DNA from: an uncultured Desulfobacterales bacterium
Lineage (GTDB): Bacteria > Desulfobacterota > Desulfobacteria > Desulfobacterales > JAUVVS01
Reading direction: 5' to 3'
Assembly: GCA_964561845.1 (NCBI GenBank)
Contig: CAZLRK010000001.1
Location: 14,119-78,118, forward strand
DNA: 64,000 nt
The notes below the pieces were generated by a model that saw nothing but the letters and a program-made list of their open reading frames with translations, was not told where the DNA came from and made no database searches. A program made the position numbers and the translations under genes. Below are positions 63,822-64,000 of this stretch, in pieces; positions within the stretch are counted from its first letter, which is position 1; each line of letters starts with the position of its first letter.

Positions 63822-64000
63822 TTAGCTAAATTTACCGGCCTTTAACGTGGCATTATAAACCGCCTCATTGATTGCTGCTCTAAAAGCATATTTATCCAAT
63901 ACAAATAGGCTTTCCACTGAAATTCCTCCGGGGGTGGCGGCTTCGTTTATCAACTCATAAGGTGCTACCTTTCGATTGTTCCATACTTCCATTGCCCCTA
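63822..64000 (-). CDS. C-terminal fragment of a pyrroline-5-carboxylate reductase-like protein (5' end outside the window)
   Basis: Minus-strand frame open to the window edge: ...APYELINEAATPGGISVESLFVLDKYAFRAAINEAVYNATLKAGKFS*. It resembles the ProC dimerisation-domain C-terminus (xTxPGGxT). This is tentative. Confidence 0.35.
   Translation of the reverse strand, partial: GAMEVWNNRKVAPYELINEAATPGGISVESLFVLDKYAFRAAINEAVYNATLKAGKFS

Overview
The window holds about 60 protein-coding genes and no rRNA, tRNA or CRISPR array that I could recognise. Gene content and repeat style suggest an anaerobic, Desulfobacterales-like bacterium; this is inference only (hcp with a Crp/Fnr regulator, corrinoid methyltransferases, molybdenum hydroxylases, GIY-YIG/hairpin repeats).

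Layout:
- 1-5.1 kb: housekeeping and miscellaneous genes.
- 5.1-11.5 kb, minus strand: a methylamine-type demethylation operon. It has two corrinoid proteins, an MttB-family and an MtmB-family methyltransferase (neither has an in-frame TAG), and an embedded XRE-cupin regulator.
- 12-25 kb: a pyrE-like gene convergent with a long minus-strand cluster. The cluster encodes hydantoinase, carbamate kinase, an ATCase-type carbamoyltransferase and two complete xanthine-dehydrogenase-family enzyme sets, headed by a second XRE-cupin regulator.
- 25.5-35.4 kb: an accessory island bracketed by two PIN/VapC toxin-antitoxin pairs.
- 35.4-40.2 kb: an hcp locus.
- 40.3-47.9 kb: hrpA and an MrfA-like helicase fused to an exonuclease domain.
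- Remainder: CNNM transporters, redox proteins, a two-component pair, a peptidase and small genes.

The most interesting system is in the accessory island. It is a complete diversity-generating retroelement (HRDC protein, Avd, reverse transcriptase, 122-nt template repeat). It has two variable repeats at the 3' ends of two paralogous exported caspase-domain / FGE-sulfatase (C-type-lectin fold) proteins. All 17 and 16 TR/VR mismatches fall on template adenines. One A-to-T change has created an in-frame TGA that truncates the second target.

Intergenic regions are dense with several families of MITE-like and hairpin repeats. One family consists of unusual degenerate heptamer-periodic tracts, and one such tract lies in frame inside hrpA.

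All calls rest on reading the sequence and ORF translations. No database search was run.
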